A program made the translations under genes and the position numbers. From a virus (taxonomy: Duplodnaviria; Caudoviricetes): 62,510 bases of DNA. This document shows positions 1 to 11,200 of the stretch, piece after piece. The DNA is taken from positions 1 to 62,510 of the IMG/VR virus record IMGVR_UViG_3300025570_000014; one strand, given 5' to 3'. Each line of letters opens with the position of its first letter. Position 1 is the first letter of the stretch. Under the pieces are notes generated by a model, which made no database searches, was not told the origin of the DNA, and was given only the letters and a program-made list of their open reading frames with translations.

Positions 1-573
1 TAACCATTTCTGGATTTGGTCAGGCTCGCCAAGTGGTGTTTGCTTCGTTTTAACACGAACCGAAGACTTGTTATAAGCGGTACCTGTAACATCAGGGCCT
101 ACAGTATCTACTGTAATGTCTCGTCCTTGATGGATGTCAGTATAATCACCAATATCTTCATCATCAGCTAGTGAAAGGAATTCTAGGTAAGTATTCTTAC
201 CGAACTGCCAAAGCTTAACACCTTGGTCTTCCTCCCCCCGAACAACTACGGGAACGAAAACACGCATTTTGGGGTCAAGCTTCTTAGCCAAACGCCAGTT
301 TTCCTTATCGCTTGTTGTACGAAGTTGTTTCGCAAACTCTACGATTGGGTCCTTTTCATCAAAATTAATTGGTGAAATCATTGTACGTTCTCCAATCCCA
401 TAATGGAAGTATACTTCCGTAAAAGGATTAGACTTATTAAATTTGTTGGGAACAATACGAACTGTTTGTTTACCAATACTTGGTTTCCAAAACAAGCTCT
501 TGCTGTTGTTTCCGTCTCCCTTGTTTGTTTGCTGCAAGGAGTTCAGCTTACTGCGAATTGCATTTAAATCCAT
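1..573 (-). CDS. T4 gp32-like single-stranded DNA-binding protein (runs off the left edge; absent from the ORF track)
   Basis: Manual translation from ATG at 573: MDLNAIRSKLNSLQQ...LFWKPSIGKQTVRIVPNKF...PFTEVYFHY...KDPIVEFAKQL...VRGEEDQGVKLWQFGK...DYTDIHQGRDITV, the gp32-like pattern (FWKP, VRI.P, VKLWQFGK, G.DI). Confidence 0.85.
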   Translation of the reverse strand, partial: MDLNAIRSKLNSLQQTNKGDGNNSKSLFWKPSIGKQTVRIVPNKFNKSNPFTEVYFHYGIGERTMISPINFDEKDPIVEFAKQLRTTSDKENWRLAKKLDPKMRVFVPVVVRGEEDQGVKLWQFGKNTYLEFLSLADDEDIGDYTDIHQGRDITVDTVGPDVTGTAYNKSSVRVKTKQTPLGEPDQIQKWL

Positions 574-608
574 GTGTAACTAAAATTTTAAAAATGTAAC
601 TTATTGCG

Positions 609-640
609 TAAATATACGAACGCTAACTCAAAATACCAAA
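609..640 (-). promoter_or_regulatory. Bacteroidota-type (host sigma) promoter TTTG-N20-TATATTTA upstream of the SSB
   Basis: Minus strand: TTTG (640-637), 20-nt spacer ending GTTCG, TATATTTA (616-609). Resembles the Bacteroidetes -33 TTTG / -7 TAnnTTTG consensus; same geometry at three other sites. Confidence 0.7.
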
Positions 641-1027
641 TTATAGTTCAATAATTTGATGAATTTTTGTCTTTAATTGATTCAACTCGTTGTGCTGGGT
701 GAGTAAAATTGTATTGCGATAATGTTGCCAATTGACTTTATATCGTACATCTACTACTCCTCCATTTAACAGTTTTATTAGCTCATTTAGAGCATTTATT
801 GTGTAAAGAGTATTGGACTCTTTTTTTCTATGTACTAAAATAGTGTTGGGTAAAATTGCTTCTATACTAGAAGGTTCTACATTATAAGTACAGACATACT
901 CGTCATTACTTTTTATATGGAGCACAAAAATTTTCTTATAAAGAATGTCGTAGCTAGATTTCACCTCCACTAGCGTTTTCTCCAACTCCTCTAATGTAGT
1001 AAAGGTGCAAAATAGCTTGTTATTCAT
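641..1027 (-). CDS. Hypothetical phage protein (128 aa)
   Basis: Clean ORF; TATTTAT motif just upstream of the ATG; no function recognised. Confidence 0.75.
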   Translation of the reverse strand: MNNKLFCTFTTLEELEKTLVEVKSSYDILYKKIFVLHIKSNDEYVCTYNVEPSSIEAILPNTILVHRKKESNTLYTINALNELIKLLNGGVVDVRYKVNWQHYRNTILLTQHNELNQLKTKIHQIIEL

Positions 1028-1038
1028 GTATATAAATA

Positions 1039-2286
1039 TTATACCCTCCCTAAAGAACCATAGGTGCTACCTGCGTCAACTTTTGTATTAAATTTAAATT
1101 CTTTGAACGTGTCCAAAATACACTCTATTGCCTCTTTCTCGGATTTATCCACATCTAAAAGAAATGAATCGTATGTGTAGTGAACTATACGGGTATTTTT
1201 ATTCTTTAATATAGATATAATTTTCTCTAAAATAAGAACATTATAATACGTTTCCGTATTTTGAAGTATGTAATTAAACAGTTTCTCCTTCTTCATATCC
1301 GTTTTAAAGACGTATCCAGACTTACAGACAACTTCTTCTTTCCTACTTATATCATCTATATATTTTCCTACTCGCTTAAAGAATTCTAAGTCTTTGTAGT
1401 TATCAAATACTCCTCCGTACAGCTGTTTGAACGTTAGTTCTTTAGCTTTCTTATAATCTACTCCGTACATATCAGCAAACGCTTGGTGTATGTCCTCGTG
1501 TTCGAATTCATAATCTACTAATTGTGCCGCTAGTGTAGGGTGGTAAGCACTAATGTCGATCTCCATTAAGAAATCATTATCGGGAATAAACGCATCTCTA
1601 CAACCCGATTTTTTATCTAAAGCAGCATAATTAATTCCCCCAAATGAGTTTGAAGGTCTCGTAGTTGTCGTTTTTAGGTTAAACTGGGAGTAAGTCCAAT
1701 CTCGTTCTACACCAAAATGTTCTTCAAAGAGTTTAGGATCAACTCTAATTCCTTCTGCTTCAATCCAATAGAATACATTTGTCGCCTTGTGGTTGTAAAA
1801 CTCAAAGTGCGGTGGTTTATCCATAGCGAACACATGTTTAACAGCGTTGTATAGCGTTTCACAGCGTTCATAATGCTTTACTATCGGTATGATGCTACCT
1901 ATGTTGGCTATGTGGGGGTATTTGTTATAGAAGAAATCGTGGCACGGGAACGAGTCGGGTATATCTGTAGGAGATATGAAATGTATGTCGCTAAGCTGCT
2001 TTAAAGGTACTATATGGAGAAATTCCTTTCTATCTCTTACAAATATTTCTTTAAATCCTCCTAATAATTCGTATACTTTAGATGAGTCACATGAAGTAGC
2101 TTCACTATGATTTATATTAAGAATAAAACCTTTTCTATGATTAATTTCTCTAATATAGAATCCTACTATACCCCTTAAAAAGGGGTGTTGATTGTCATTA
2201 GAGAAAAGGGGTTCAACGAATACTCGTTTAAATCCCTTTTCTTTAAATTCGTTTAGTTGTTTGTTATTTTCTATGAGCCAAAACAC
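1039..2286 (-). CDS. Compact family A DNA polymerase (probable GTG start at 2286)
   Basis: Motif A EIDISAYHP, motif B KAKELTFKQLYG, motif C HYTYDSFLLD, plus TTTTRPSNSFGGINYAAL matching the PolA T.TGRLSS..PNLQ region. The GTG lies just after the upstream TGA. Confidence 0.8.
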   Translation of the reverse strand: MFWLIENNKQLNEFKEKGFKRVFVEPLFSNDNQHPFLRGIVGFYIREINHRKGFILNINHSEATSCDSSKVYELLGGFKEIFVRDRKEFLHIVPLKQLSDIHFISPTDIPDSFPCHDFFYNKYPHIANIGSIIPIVKHYERCETLYNAVKHVFAMDKPPHFEFYNHKATNVFYWIEAEGIRVDPKLFEEHFGVERDWTYSQFNLKTTTTRPSNSFGGINYAALDKKSGCRDAFIPDNDFLMEIDISAYHPTLAAQLVDYEFEHEDIHQAFADMYGVDYKKAKELTFKQLYGGVFDNYKDLEFFKRVGKYIDDISRKEEVVCKSGYVFKTDMKKEKLFNYILQNTETYYNVLILEKIISILKNKNTRIVHYTYDSFLLDVDKSEKEAIECILDTFKEFKFNTKVDAGSTYGSLGRV

Positions 2287-2287
2287 A

Positions 2288-4591
2288 TCACAAGATACGA
2301 TCGATTCCTTCAATTACCAAGTCAGGAGTAATAGTCTCTATTTTATACCAATCTTCCATTAAATTTATTTTTTGGAAGGGATACCAATTCCAATTTGAAA
2401 CATCCATTCTATGGGTGCTAAAATATCCTGAAGGGGAGGTGTCATTGTATATTCGGGTGGTGTTTGATTTGAACTCACAATGATTTGGGTGGGTAAATGA
2501 AGAGATTAAAACTGTAGGGATGTTTAGAGCCCATGCTATCCAGGAAAGACCAGAACTAATACTAACATGGAATTCTGCCCCACTAATTATAGACATTACT
2601 TCATCTAGGGGTTTGTTGTGGAAGTGGTAATCACATTGAGGGGAACTATTCATAAAATTTTTAATTCCAAAATTTTTATGTTGGTCTACTGCTATTACTT
2701 TATATCCTTTGTTTTGTAGATGCTTTACAATTTGTTCCCAACCCCCAGGATAATTCCAATATTTGCATTGTGATGTAGATTGGATAGCAATAGTTACGTA
2801 TTTTTCTTTTATGGGGGAAATATTGGGAGATTTAAATCTAGGTATAATTTCTTTATATTCTAGTCCTAAAATATCAGATGATGTTTTTTGAAGAGGTTGG
2901 GTTTTAATATTATGGGGGTGATAAGAAGTATTAATTTTATCATTTTCATAATACCACCCTATTCCATAAGAAGTATGTAAATCTCCTACAGGGGTGCCAG
3001 GGGATACAAATTCTATTTGGGGATATTTTGACTGGAACCAATCGTTATGGAATGTAGAGCAAGTGACTTTGCAGTTATGTTTTTTTCTAAATTCTTCTAC
3101 ATAAGGGAACCATGCAATGGTGTCACCTATAGATTTACTATCTAAGTGTATGTAAACTTTTTTATCAGCTAGATCGAAAATATGCTCATGAATTTTAGTA
3201 TCGTTTTCCCAAATTTCTACTCTCCATTTTATAAAAGATTTATAATTGGGGGAAGTCCACATATTATTGGTAATAATACCCTCATGGATTAACTTATTAT
3301 TAATATCATTATAAAATTTAATTTGGTAATCTTGATTTAGGGGGCCTAGAATTTCACACTTTGCTCCATCTGTAAAGTCAAGGAGAATTTCGTTTTTAAG
3401 CTTTTTAGTTTTAAAATCTTTTAAGGTATCTATGCCTATTTCTGCTACCTTATCCCAATTAAAATCTCGATGGATTAGTTTTGCTTCTTCTAAAGCCCGT
3501 TTTTTATGGTCTGTGTAGTTTTCAAAAGCGTCTCTCATTACACGTGCTAAGTCTTGGAAATCGGGTTCATAGTAATTACCTACTGAAGAATTAAAATGGT
3601 TATAATCAGCATCCATTACGGGTTTTTCTCCTAATATCTTTACAGGAAGACCCTTTCCTTCAGCAAATTCCATTTGACCACTACATGCTGAATAGATTGA
3701 AGGAGTACCACAAGCCATAGCCTCAATTAAGGGTAAATTCCATCCCTCACTTCTAGCACAGGATACAAATACATGACCATTTTTTAAATAAGTAATATAA
3801 TCTTCTCTTGAGGGAAAATGTTTAATTTTTATTCTTTTATCAACAAGCCCATTGTGTTCTAAACGTTTTTCTGTAGTGCCGTGATTATCGCCTGAGAAGG
3901 GGTTATCAACTGATATAATTAAGTCTATAGGTTCGGATGGGTCAAATTCTTTAAGAAAAGTCTCTATAATTTCTTTAGTAGATTTTCTGTAGTCCCATCT
4001 CCCAAATAAAACAAATTTAAATCTTTTATCTTTGTAATCTAGTTTTTTAGAAAAAGGAGAAGGTTTAAAAGTATTAATATCTACCCCTTCAGGTACTACT
4101 TTAACCATATCAGGATCTGCTCCTTGTTTTATAGTACATTCAGCTTGCCATTTTGAGGGAACCCATATTTGATCATACTCCAATAACTTTTTAAAAAAAT
4201 GAGGAGGTTGGAGGGTAGATTCCCAAACATTATAGGCAATTTTGGGTTTGTTATAAGAATTATAAAAGTAGTGATGGTCTGTTTCTACTAAAACTAAATC
4301 AATATCTTGCTCAAACTTATTTTTATAATTGGGGTATATGGGAAATTCATCTCGTGTGTTCTTTCCCGTAGTTAGGGTTTGTTCTACTAATAATTTTTTA
4401 TCTAAATTATCAAGGTATAATTCACCGTTGTGGGGTTCATCATTATTTCCTTTCCAACTTTTTCCTACAGTAAAATTACGAATTTTTAAATCTACTTTTT
4501 CAGATAATTTTCTAAAAAAATCTCTAGAATGGTGATTATATCCGGTGGTTCCTATGTAAGAACAATGAACCTTTAATTTAGGTAATGACAT
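2288..4591 (-). CDS. Two-domain glycosyltransferase: N-terminal GT4-like (GT-B) + C-terminal Aah/TibC-like autotransporter O-heptosyltransferase domain
   Basis: N-half: GRWDYRK and RSEGWNLPLIEAMACG (GT4 E-x7-E motif). C-half: WRVEIWE, SKSIGDTIAWFPYVEEFRKKHNC, STSQCKYWN, SSGLSWIAWAL..PTVLISSFT, HCEF, typical of the Aah/TibC heptosyltransferase family. Confidence 0.8.
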   Translation of the reverse strand: MSLPKLKVHCSYIGTTGYNHHSRDFFRKLSEKVDLKIRNFTVGKSWKGNNDEPHNGELYLDNLDKKLLVEQTLTTGKNTRDEFPIYPNYKNKFEQDIDLVLVETDHHYFYNSYNKPKIAYNVWESTLQPPHFFKKLLEYDQIWVPSKWQAECTIKQGADPDMVKVVPEGVDINTFKPSPFSKKLDYKDKRFKFVLFGRWDYRKSTKEIIETFLKEFDPSEPIDLIISVDNPFSGDNHGTTEKRLEHNGLVDKRIKIKHFPSREDYITYLKNGHVFVSCARSEGWNLPLIEAMACGTPSIYSACSGQMEFAEGKGLPVKILGEKPVMDADYNHFNSSVGNYYEPDFQDLARVMRDAFENYTDHKKRALEEAKLIHRDFNWDKVAEIGIDTLKDFKTKKLKNEILLDFTDGAKCEILGPLNQDYQIKFYNDINNKLIHEGIITNNMWTSPNYKSFIKWRVEIWENDTKIHEHIFDLADKKVYIHLDSKSIGDTIAWFPYVEEFRKKHNCKVTCSTFHNDWFQSKYPQIEFVSPGTPVGDLHTSYGIGWYYENDKINTSYHPHNIKTQPLQKTSSDILGLEYKEIIPRFKSPNISPIKEKYVTIAIQSTSQCKYWNYPGGWEQIVKHLQNKGYKVIAVDQHKNFGIKNFMNSSPQCDYHFHNKPLDEVMSIISGAEFHVSISSGLSWIAWALNIPTVLISSFTHPNHCEFKSNTTRIYNDTSPSGYFSTHRMDVSNWNWYPFQKINLMEDWYKIETITPDLVIEGIDRIL

Positions 4592-4596
4592 AACAA

Positions 4597-4628
4597 TTAA
4601 TATAATTAATCTAATTTAGGAAAACAAA
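4597..4628 (-). promoter_or_regulatory. Bacteroidota-type promoter TTTG-N20-TATATTAA upstream of the glycosyltransferase/polymerase pair
   Basis: Minus strand TTTG (4628-4625), exactly 20 nt, TATATTAA (4604-4597). Confidence 0.55.
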
Positions 4629-4650
4629 TTATTATAGGAGAGTCTTAAAT

Positions 4651-6828
4651 TTATAGTTCTACCCAATCGTTGGATGGGTTAAAGAATACTAGGTTTGTGC
4701 CTACTTTATATCCCATTATTCTAACTACATCACCCGCTGCCGTAGGGGCTGTTGTAGTTAATCTTCCTGTAGCTGTTGATAGATATACTACATCTCCTAC
4801 TGACCCTCCAGGATCAGCAAATACATAGACAATGCCACGTATTACCATACCAGTATTAGAGTTGGTTGAGGTTGATACTCCCATAAATCCTTTAGAAGTT
4901 GATACGGCATCGGCATCTGAGAAAGTCCAAGCAGAACTACCAAGATAATAAACTCCTCCTGCTACAACTGTGTTACTATAAAAAGTAACTGTTTCAGCAT
5001 TAAATCCCTTATCGCCTGCAGATGATGCAGGACCCGCTGAGGATGCTATTTCACCTACTTCTAAAACAGATCCATTACCTGAAATGGTACTTGTAACAGT
5101 AATATCTCCGACAACAGACATAGTTGAGCCATTAAATGTAAAATTAGATTCAGCATTTAGAGTACCATTACCTACTGCTGTTACTACTCTATTATTAGCA
5201 TCATTTGCTATTGTAGGAGAAGTACCTGATGTACCTGAAGTACCTGAGGAACCGTCAGCACCGCTAGTTCTAGTTTTTACGTTACCACTACTATCTACTG
5301 TAAGGAATGTAGTTTCACTACCCACAGGAATAGAAGTAAATTGAGCATTTGATGCTGTTATAAATCCTCCAGCTTTAATATTATCGGATACTTCTAATTT
5401 TTCACTAGGTGAAGTAGTACCTATACCAAAATTACCTGTAGTATTGATATAACTATCCTTTGAGGCATAAGTTCTAAATACTATTTTTTCTGTATCATTA
5501 TCAAAGATACGAAGTTCCCCAGCATTTGTATCAGGAGGTGCTTGTGTATCATTTCCAATTTTAATAATATTTTCATCCGCTTCATTTTTTATAAAAATTC
5601 GAGGATTTTGAAAACCCCCCATTTCTATACTAGAACTAACAGCTATTCCAATATTTTGGCTATCGTTAGCAAAAAGTCCGTGCCCTATTTCAATAGCTTT
5701 TAAATCCCTTTCAGGGAGGTTAGGTCCATCTACTTCCAATACTAAAGACCCATATTGAAATGATGATTGTTCTCCTAATACTCTAGAATATATAGCTCCG
5801 GTACTTCCGGATACTAATAATTTACTTCCACTAAGTGCAGTATCTTCTATAACAAATGCTAATCTACTAGATTCAGCTCCTTCAGTAACGGAGCCACTAG
5901 GTACTGATAATATAAAATCAGGGGCCTCTTTACTAGAACCTTGTCCTGTTTTAAGTTCAAAAGTAGAAGCAGGTTTATCAGTTCCTATGCCTATTCTCGC
6001 ATCATCCCCTGATTTGGAAATAAAAAGGACTTCTTTAAGAACTTCATTAGTTTCTCCTACTAAAAATTTTATAGCTCTACTAGCTGTATCATAATTTATT
6101 TGGGCTGAGGCGCTTACAGGTTGTAGGGATCCTGAGATTGAAGCACTAGCGTCTGTATTAAAAAAATATATGTTGGGGACAGGGGTAAGTAATACTCCAC
6201 TTCGAGGGTCGGGGGAGGATGAAGTAACACTACTTAAAGTAATTTGACCCCCTCCTATTACAAGATTAGGACCATGGTCATTCCCTCCTCCTCCGGTAGG
6301 TTCATGAGTATCGTCACCATCAGATCCTGAGGGGTAAATTGTAATGTCTTTATTGTAAATTATATAATTATTAGGGTATTCACTTTGAGGTAGAACTCCT
6401 AATAAGAATATAGGTTTTTCTGTTTCTTGGGGGGTTACAAACGTGTATGCTAAGGATCCTTGTTCTCTAAATCCTGAGGTAGCATTAATTCCAGTTAAAC
6501 CGTTGTAATCTAAGGGTTGGTTTGATAAAAAGAGAGAGGTGTTAGTAGTAATAAACCCATTATCCGTTACTCCTTGGAGAGTATATTCGACATCTGCTAC
6601 TCCACTACCGGCATCACTGACGTCACCATTTACAAAATTAAGTGTAGTTGTAGGGTTAACAGTAGCTGTAATAGGGGTAGTTTTGGTAATTAAAGTTCCT
6701 CCTCCTCCAATAGAACTTGTTAAGGCAAAACTACCACTTGAAGCGTCCCATATAACCGCTCTATCTACAGAGGGAAATTCGGTAGGATCTAGTTCTACTT
6801 TTACATTATAATTAGTTTTTGTAGCCAT
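4651..6828 (-). CDS. Putative tail fibre / virion appendage protein (725 aa)
   Basis: Gly/Ser/Thr-rich; fibre motifs RIGIGTDKP and GNFGIGTTSPSEKLEV; short GSSGTSGTSGTS tract; C-terminal G.VGDVVYLST..G.LTTTAP domain. Confidence 0.7.
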   Translation of the reverse strand: MATKTNYNVKVELDPTEFPSVDRAVIWDASSGSFALTSSIGGGGTLITKTTPITATVNPTTTLNFVNGDVSDAGSGVADVEYTLQGVTDNGFITTNTSLFLSNQPLDYNGLTGINATSGFREQGSLAYTFVTPQETEKPIFLLGVLPQSEYPNNYIIYNKDITIYPSGSDGDDTHEPTGGGGNDHGPNLVIGGGQITLSSVTSSSPDPRSGVLLTPVPNIYFFNTDASASISGSLQPVSASAQINYDTASRAIKFLVGETNEVLKEVLFISKSGDDARIGIGTDKPASTFELKTGQGSSKEAPDFILSVPSGSVTEGAESSRLAFVIEDTALSGSKLLVSGSTGAIYSRVLGEQSSFQYGSLVLEVDGPNLPERDLKAIEIGHGLFANDSQNIGIAVSSSIEMGGFQNPRIFIKNEADENIIKIGNDTQAPPDTNAGELRIFDNDTEKIVFRTYASKDSYINTTGNFGIGTTSPSEKLEVSDNIKAGGFITASNAQFTSIPVGSETTFLTVDSSGNVKTRTSGADGSSGTSGTSGTSPTIANDANNRVVTAVGNGTLNAESNFTFNGSTMSVVGDITVTSTISGNGSVLEVGEIASSAGPASSAGDKGFNAETVTFYSNTVVAGGVYYLGSSAWTFSDADAVSTSKGFMGVSTSTNSNTGMVIRGIVYVFADPGGSVGDVVYLSTATGRLTTTAPTAAGDVVRIMGYKVGTNLVFFNPSNDWVEL

Positions 6829-6848
6829 TGATTATAAATATAAATAGT

Positions 6849-7112
6849 TTAAGTAGCAGCAATTTTAATACAATATTCAGCTGTTAGGTATTTAACAGGT
6901 TCATAACTAGCAAGCAAGCTAGCAGTTAAAGCGGCATTTAAAGTAGTAGTTAAAGAAGCATCTAGAGAAGCAGTTAAAGAAGCATTAAGTTCTTCAACAT
7001 TCCACAATGTAGAATCTATTGTAAGGGTAGGAAAGTTAGATCCTAAAAGGGGACCTCCAACTATACCTGTTAAAATGGATCCTGTTAAACTTGCATCTAG
7101 ATTACAACTCAT
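6849..7112 (-). CDS. Small hypothetical protein with L(D/N)ASLT repeats
   Basis: Start overlaps upstream stop; LNASLTASLDASLTTTLNAALTASLLAS periodicity. Confidence 0.6.
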   Translation of the reverse strand: MSCNLDASLTGSILTGIVGGPLLGSNFPTLTIDSTLWNVEELNASLTASLDASLTTTLNAALTASLLASYEPVKYLTAEYCIKIAAT

Positions 7113-7522
7113 TATATTGGTCTGTACCCATCAGAAGTAAATATTGATTTCTTAGGTATGAAGGTCCCTACGGCTGCTACTAAACTTGTATCTTCATCAC
7201 CCGTAGGACTAACTACTAATTCGGTATAATATGTTACGTTTTCTGTTAGGACTCCACCACTATTTACAAAATCCGCTTGGGTAAAAAATACTTGGATTTG
7301 AGTTCCTCCGTTGGGGATAACAACTTGGAAGGGTGAAGAAGGCATACCTGGTACCCATACACTTGTGCATTTCTCTAATACTGATACTCCTCCTTCAGTT
7401 AAAGAACACCCCCACCATGCATCCCAGTTAGTATCAAAGTTGGAAGTTAAATCTGTGAAAGTATATAGTAAAAGAAAAGTATCGTCTTCAAATTTTATAA
7501 AGTCTTGATTAAAAGATGCCAT
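7112..7522 (-). CDS. Hypothetical structural protein, paralogue of 7562..8284
   Basis: Shared FNQ..I.FED..F, WWGCS.T.GGVS.LEK, FTQ.D...SGG.L, YY.EL and SIF...GYRP. Confidence 0.7.
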   Translation of the reverse strand: MASFNQDFIKFEDDTFLLLYTFTDLTSNFDTNWDAWWGCSLTEGGVSVLEKCTSVWVPGMPSSPFQVVIPNGGTQIQVFFTQADFVNSGGVLTENVTYYTELVVSPTGDEDTSLVAAVGTFIPKKSIFTSDGYRPI

Positions 7523-7561
7523 TTTTTATTTTTTATATTATATTAATAAATATTGTAATGA

Positions 7562-8284
7562 TTAGGGTCTATATCCTTCAGCACTAAAAATTGAGGGTCT
7601 TACTTGTAAAGTACCTTGAGCTATTACTTGGGTAGGTACATTGTAGATAGCACTATAATTTAAGGTTTCACCTGCAATCAATTCCCAATAATAAGTTTCG
7701 CCTGTTTCTAAGGGGCCTCCACTAGCTTCGTAATCATCTTGGGTAAATTCTACAGTAACAAGAGCAGGACCCGTTCCATTATCTGTAGCAGTAAGGTATA
7801 TGTTTCCTGTAGAGGGAGGTATTTCCGTTGGGAGATTATTGGATGTTAAAGTTATAATAGCATCTGTAGTACTTCCAAGAGCAGATGATGGTAGGGTTAA
7901 AGTGTCTCCATCTTCATATCCTACTCCTCCATCATTTATAAAAGCATAAGTGATCACACCCGCAGTTTGTTGAGTAGTAATTTTAGCCCCACCACCATCT
8001 TCTCCGGGTAGAGTGGGTATGGTGTATTGAAAAAGATTGATGGTTGCATCTGTTGTATTAGTAGTAATAGAACTTAATATGTTTCCTGTAAAGATCCCTC
8101 CATCCCAGTTACTATTTGCCTTTTCTAAAATAGAAACACCTCCAAAAGTGGTAGAACATCCCCACCAAACATTATCATCTGCTGCTAAGTTATATTGAAT
8201 ATTATATTGAATAGGAATTACAGGAAATTCTACATTAAAAAATTCATCTTCAAATGTTATGATTTGTTGATTAAATGTATTCAT
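7562..8284 (-). CDS. Hypothetical structural protein, paralogue of 7112..7522 with an inserted DGG.GY beta module
   Basis: Same blocks as its neighbour plus about 100 extra residues. Confidence 0.7.
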   Translation of the reverse strand: MNTFNQQIITFEDEFFNVEFPVIPIQYNIQYNLAADDNVWWGCSTTFGGVSILEKANSNWDGGIFTGNILSSITTNTTDATINLFQYTIPTLPGEDGGGAKITTQQTAGVITYAFINDGGVGYEDGDTLTLPSSALGSTTDAIITLTSNNLPTEIPPSTGNIYLTATDNGTGPALVTVEFTQDDYEASGGPLETGETYYWELIAGETLNYSAIYNVPTQVIAQGTLQVRPSIFSAEGYRP

Positions 8285-8294
8285 TTTTTAATTA

Positions 8295-11200
8295 TTACAA
8301 ATCGTTAAAAATTCTAAATGTTAATGAATGCTTGTAGAATAAGCTATAATCAAGAGTATTGTATACTTTAAATCTTAGAATGTTGTTTGTAACATCAACA
8401 TCCTCTGCTTGAATGTATATTTGTTCCAAGTTTAGTCTGGATTTAGTGTATTCAGGAACTAAGTATGGGATCGTAAGGTTTAACACTACATCATCGGTGG
8501 ATGTTGTTCCTCCTATATCGGCCCCATCAATTGTGATTGCTGTAGTTGTTGAATATCCACTTCCCCCATCTGTTACTATTATTGAAGTAGCAAGTCCTGT
8601 ATTTCCTATTACAACTGTGGCTTGTGCTCCTGTTCCTCCTCCTGTAATACCAACAGGACCATAGGACCCTTGGGTCTTATTTCCGGGGTCTGTGGCTACT
8701 ATACTTATTAATTGGGTTTGAGCAATTTCAGTAGTTACACTTTGTGAAACGAATGTTCCATCTACTTCAGTAATAGTAAAATCATATAGATAGTTTTTAC
8801 TTAAAAATGCCCAAAGGGTACCTGTAAATTTCAATGTAGCACCTGCTCTGATGAAGGGGTCAGCAACGGTTCCTGTTCCGCTATTATTTCCTTTTAATAT
8901 AACCATTCCATCAAATTCAACTACATCGAATGTGCCAAAGCTAAGCCCCGTATTAAAAATATCAGTTCCTGGGTTACCCACGGATCCTGCAGGTACACTA
9001 TCTAATATAGACCAATTTTCTGTGATTGATGTACCTGAAGTACCTGATGAGCCTGATGTGCCTGATGAACCACTAGTACCTGAAGAACCTGATGTGCCTG
9101 AAGAACCAGATGTACCCGAAGCTCCCGTCATACCTGAAGAGCCTGAAGTACCTGAAGAACCTGAAGTGCCTGAGGAACCACTAATACCTGAAGTACCTGA
9201 AGAGCCTGAGGTACCTGATGAGCCACTAGTACCTGAAGAACCTGAAGTACCTGATGAACCTGATGTGCCTGAAGCACCTGTCATACCTGAGGAGCCAGAA
9301 GTGCCTGAAGAGCCTGAGGTGCCTGAGGAACCACTTGTACCTGATGAACCACTTATACCCGAAGTACCTGATGAACCACTTGTACCCGAAGAACCATCTA
9401 TACCTGAAGTGCCTGATGAACCTGAAGTACCCGATGAACCATCTATACCTGAGGTACCCGATGAACCACTTGTACCTGAAGAACCGTCTATACCTGAAGT
9501 ACCTGATGAACCACTTGTGCCTGAAGAACCATCTATACCTGATGTACCTGATGAACCTGAAGTACCTGAAGAACCGTCTATACCTGAAGTACCTGATGAA
9601 CCACTTGTACCTGAAGAACCGTCTATGCCTGAAGTACCTGAAGAACCTGAAGTACCCGATGAACCGTCTGTGCCTGATGAACCTGATGAACCTGAAGTAC
9701 CGTCTATACCTGAAGTACCTGATGAACCACTTGTACCTGAAGAACCATCTATACCTGAAGTGCCTGAAGAACCTGAAGTACCTGAAGAACCATCTATACC
9801 TGATGTACCTGATGAACCACTTGTACCTGAAGAACCATCTATACCTGAAGTACCTGATGAACCACTTGTACCTGATGAACCATCTATACCTGAGGTACCT
9901 GATGAGCCACTTGTACCTGATGAACCGTCTATACCTGATGTACCTGATGAACCTGAGGTACCCGATGAACCGTCTATACCTGATGTACCTGATGAACCTG
10001 AAGTACCTGAAGAACCACTTGTTCCTGAGGTGCCGCTAGAACCTGAAGAGCCACTAGTACCCGAAGAGCCTGAAGTACCTGAGGCGCCTGTCATACCTGA
10101 TGAACCGGATGTGCCTGAAGAGCCGTCTATACCTGCAATCCCTGAAGTACCCGATGAACCACTGGTGCCTGATAAACCACTTGTTCCTGAAGAACCTGAA
10201 GTGCCTGATGAGCCTGATGTACCTGAGGAACCACTAGTACCTGAAGAACCTGAAGTACCTGAAGCCCCTGTCATACCTGAAGAACCCGAAGTACCTGAAG
10301 AGCCTGAAGAGCCTGAAGTACCTGAAGAACCTGAGGTGCCCGATGAACCATCTATACCTGAAGTACCTGAAGTGCCTGAAGAACCTGATGTACCTGAAGA
10401 ACCTGATGCTCCTGGGGCTCCTGCTAGGTTTATACACCATGTATAAGAGGTAATTGAAGACCAAGACCCTGTGGAAGAAGTAACATTAATTTCAATATTT
10501 CCAGTTCCTGAGTTATAATTGTTTACGGTACCCTCAATAAAATTAGAGGAATCAATTGCTAATATTATGTTCTGCCCCGCAGTATAAGCTAATCCGGATC
10601 CTATAGCAATAGTAAGAGGGGATGAAGGAGGGTTTGAAATTGTAAGGTTATTAACACATGCAGCATAGATATCTCCATCGGTTCCTGAAGCACCTGATGA
10701 GCCTGAGGTACCTGATGAGCCTGATGTGCCTGAAGAACCACTAGTACCTGAAGAGCCATCTATACCTGAAGTGCCTGAGGAGCCTGAGGTACCCGATGAG
10801 CCGGATGTGCCTGAAGCACCTGTCATACCTGATGAACCTGAAGTGCCTGAAGAACCTGAAGTGCCTGATGAACCCGAAGTGCCTGAAGTGCCTGAAGTAC
10901 CTGATGAACCGTCTATACCTGAAGTGCCTGAAGAACCTGAAGTACCTGAGGCACCTGTCATACCTGAAGAACCTGAAGTGCCTGAAGTGCCCGATGTGCC
11001 AGAGGAACCCGATGTGCCTGATGAACCTGAAGTACCTGATGAACCTGAAGTACCTGAAATACCCGATGAACCTGAGGAACCACTAGTACCTGAAGAACCA
11101 CTAGTGCCTGAAGAACCTGAAGTACCCGAAGCTCCGGTCATACCTGAAGAGCCTGAGGTGCCTGATGAACCTGAAGTGCCTGAAGAACCATCAATACCTG

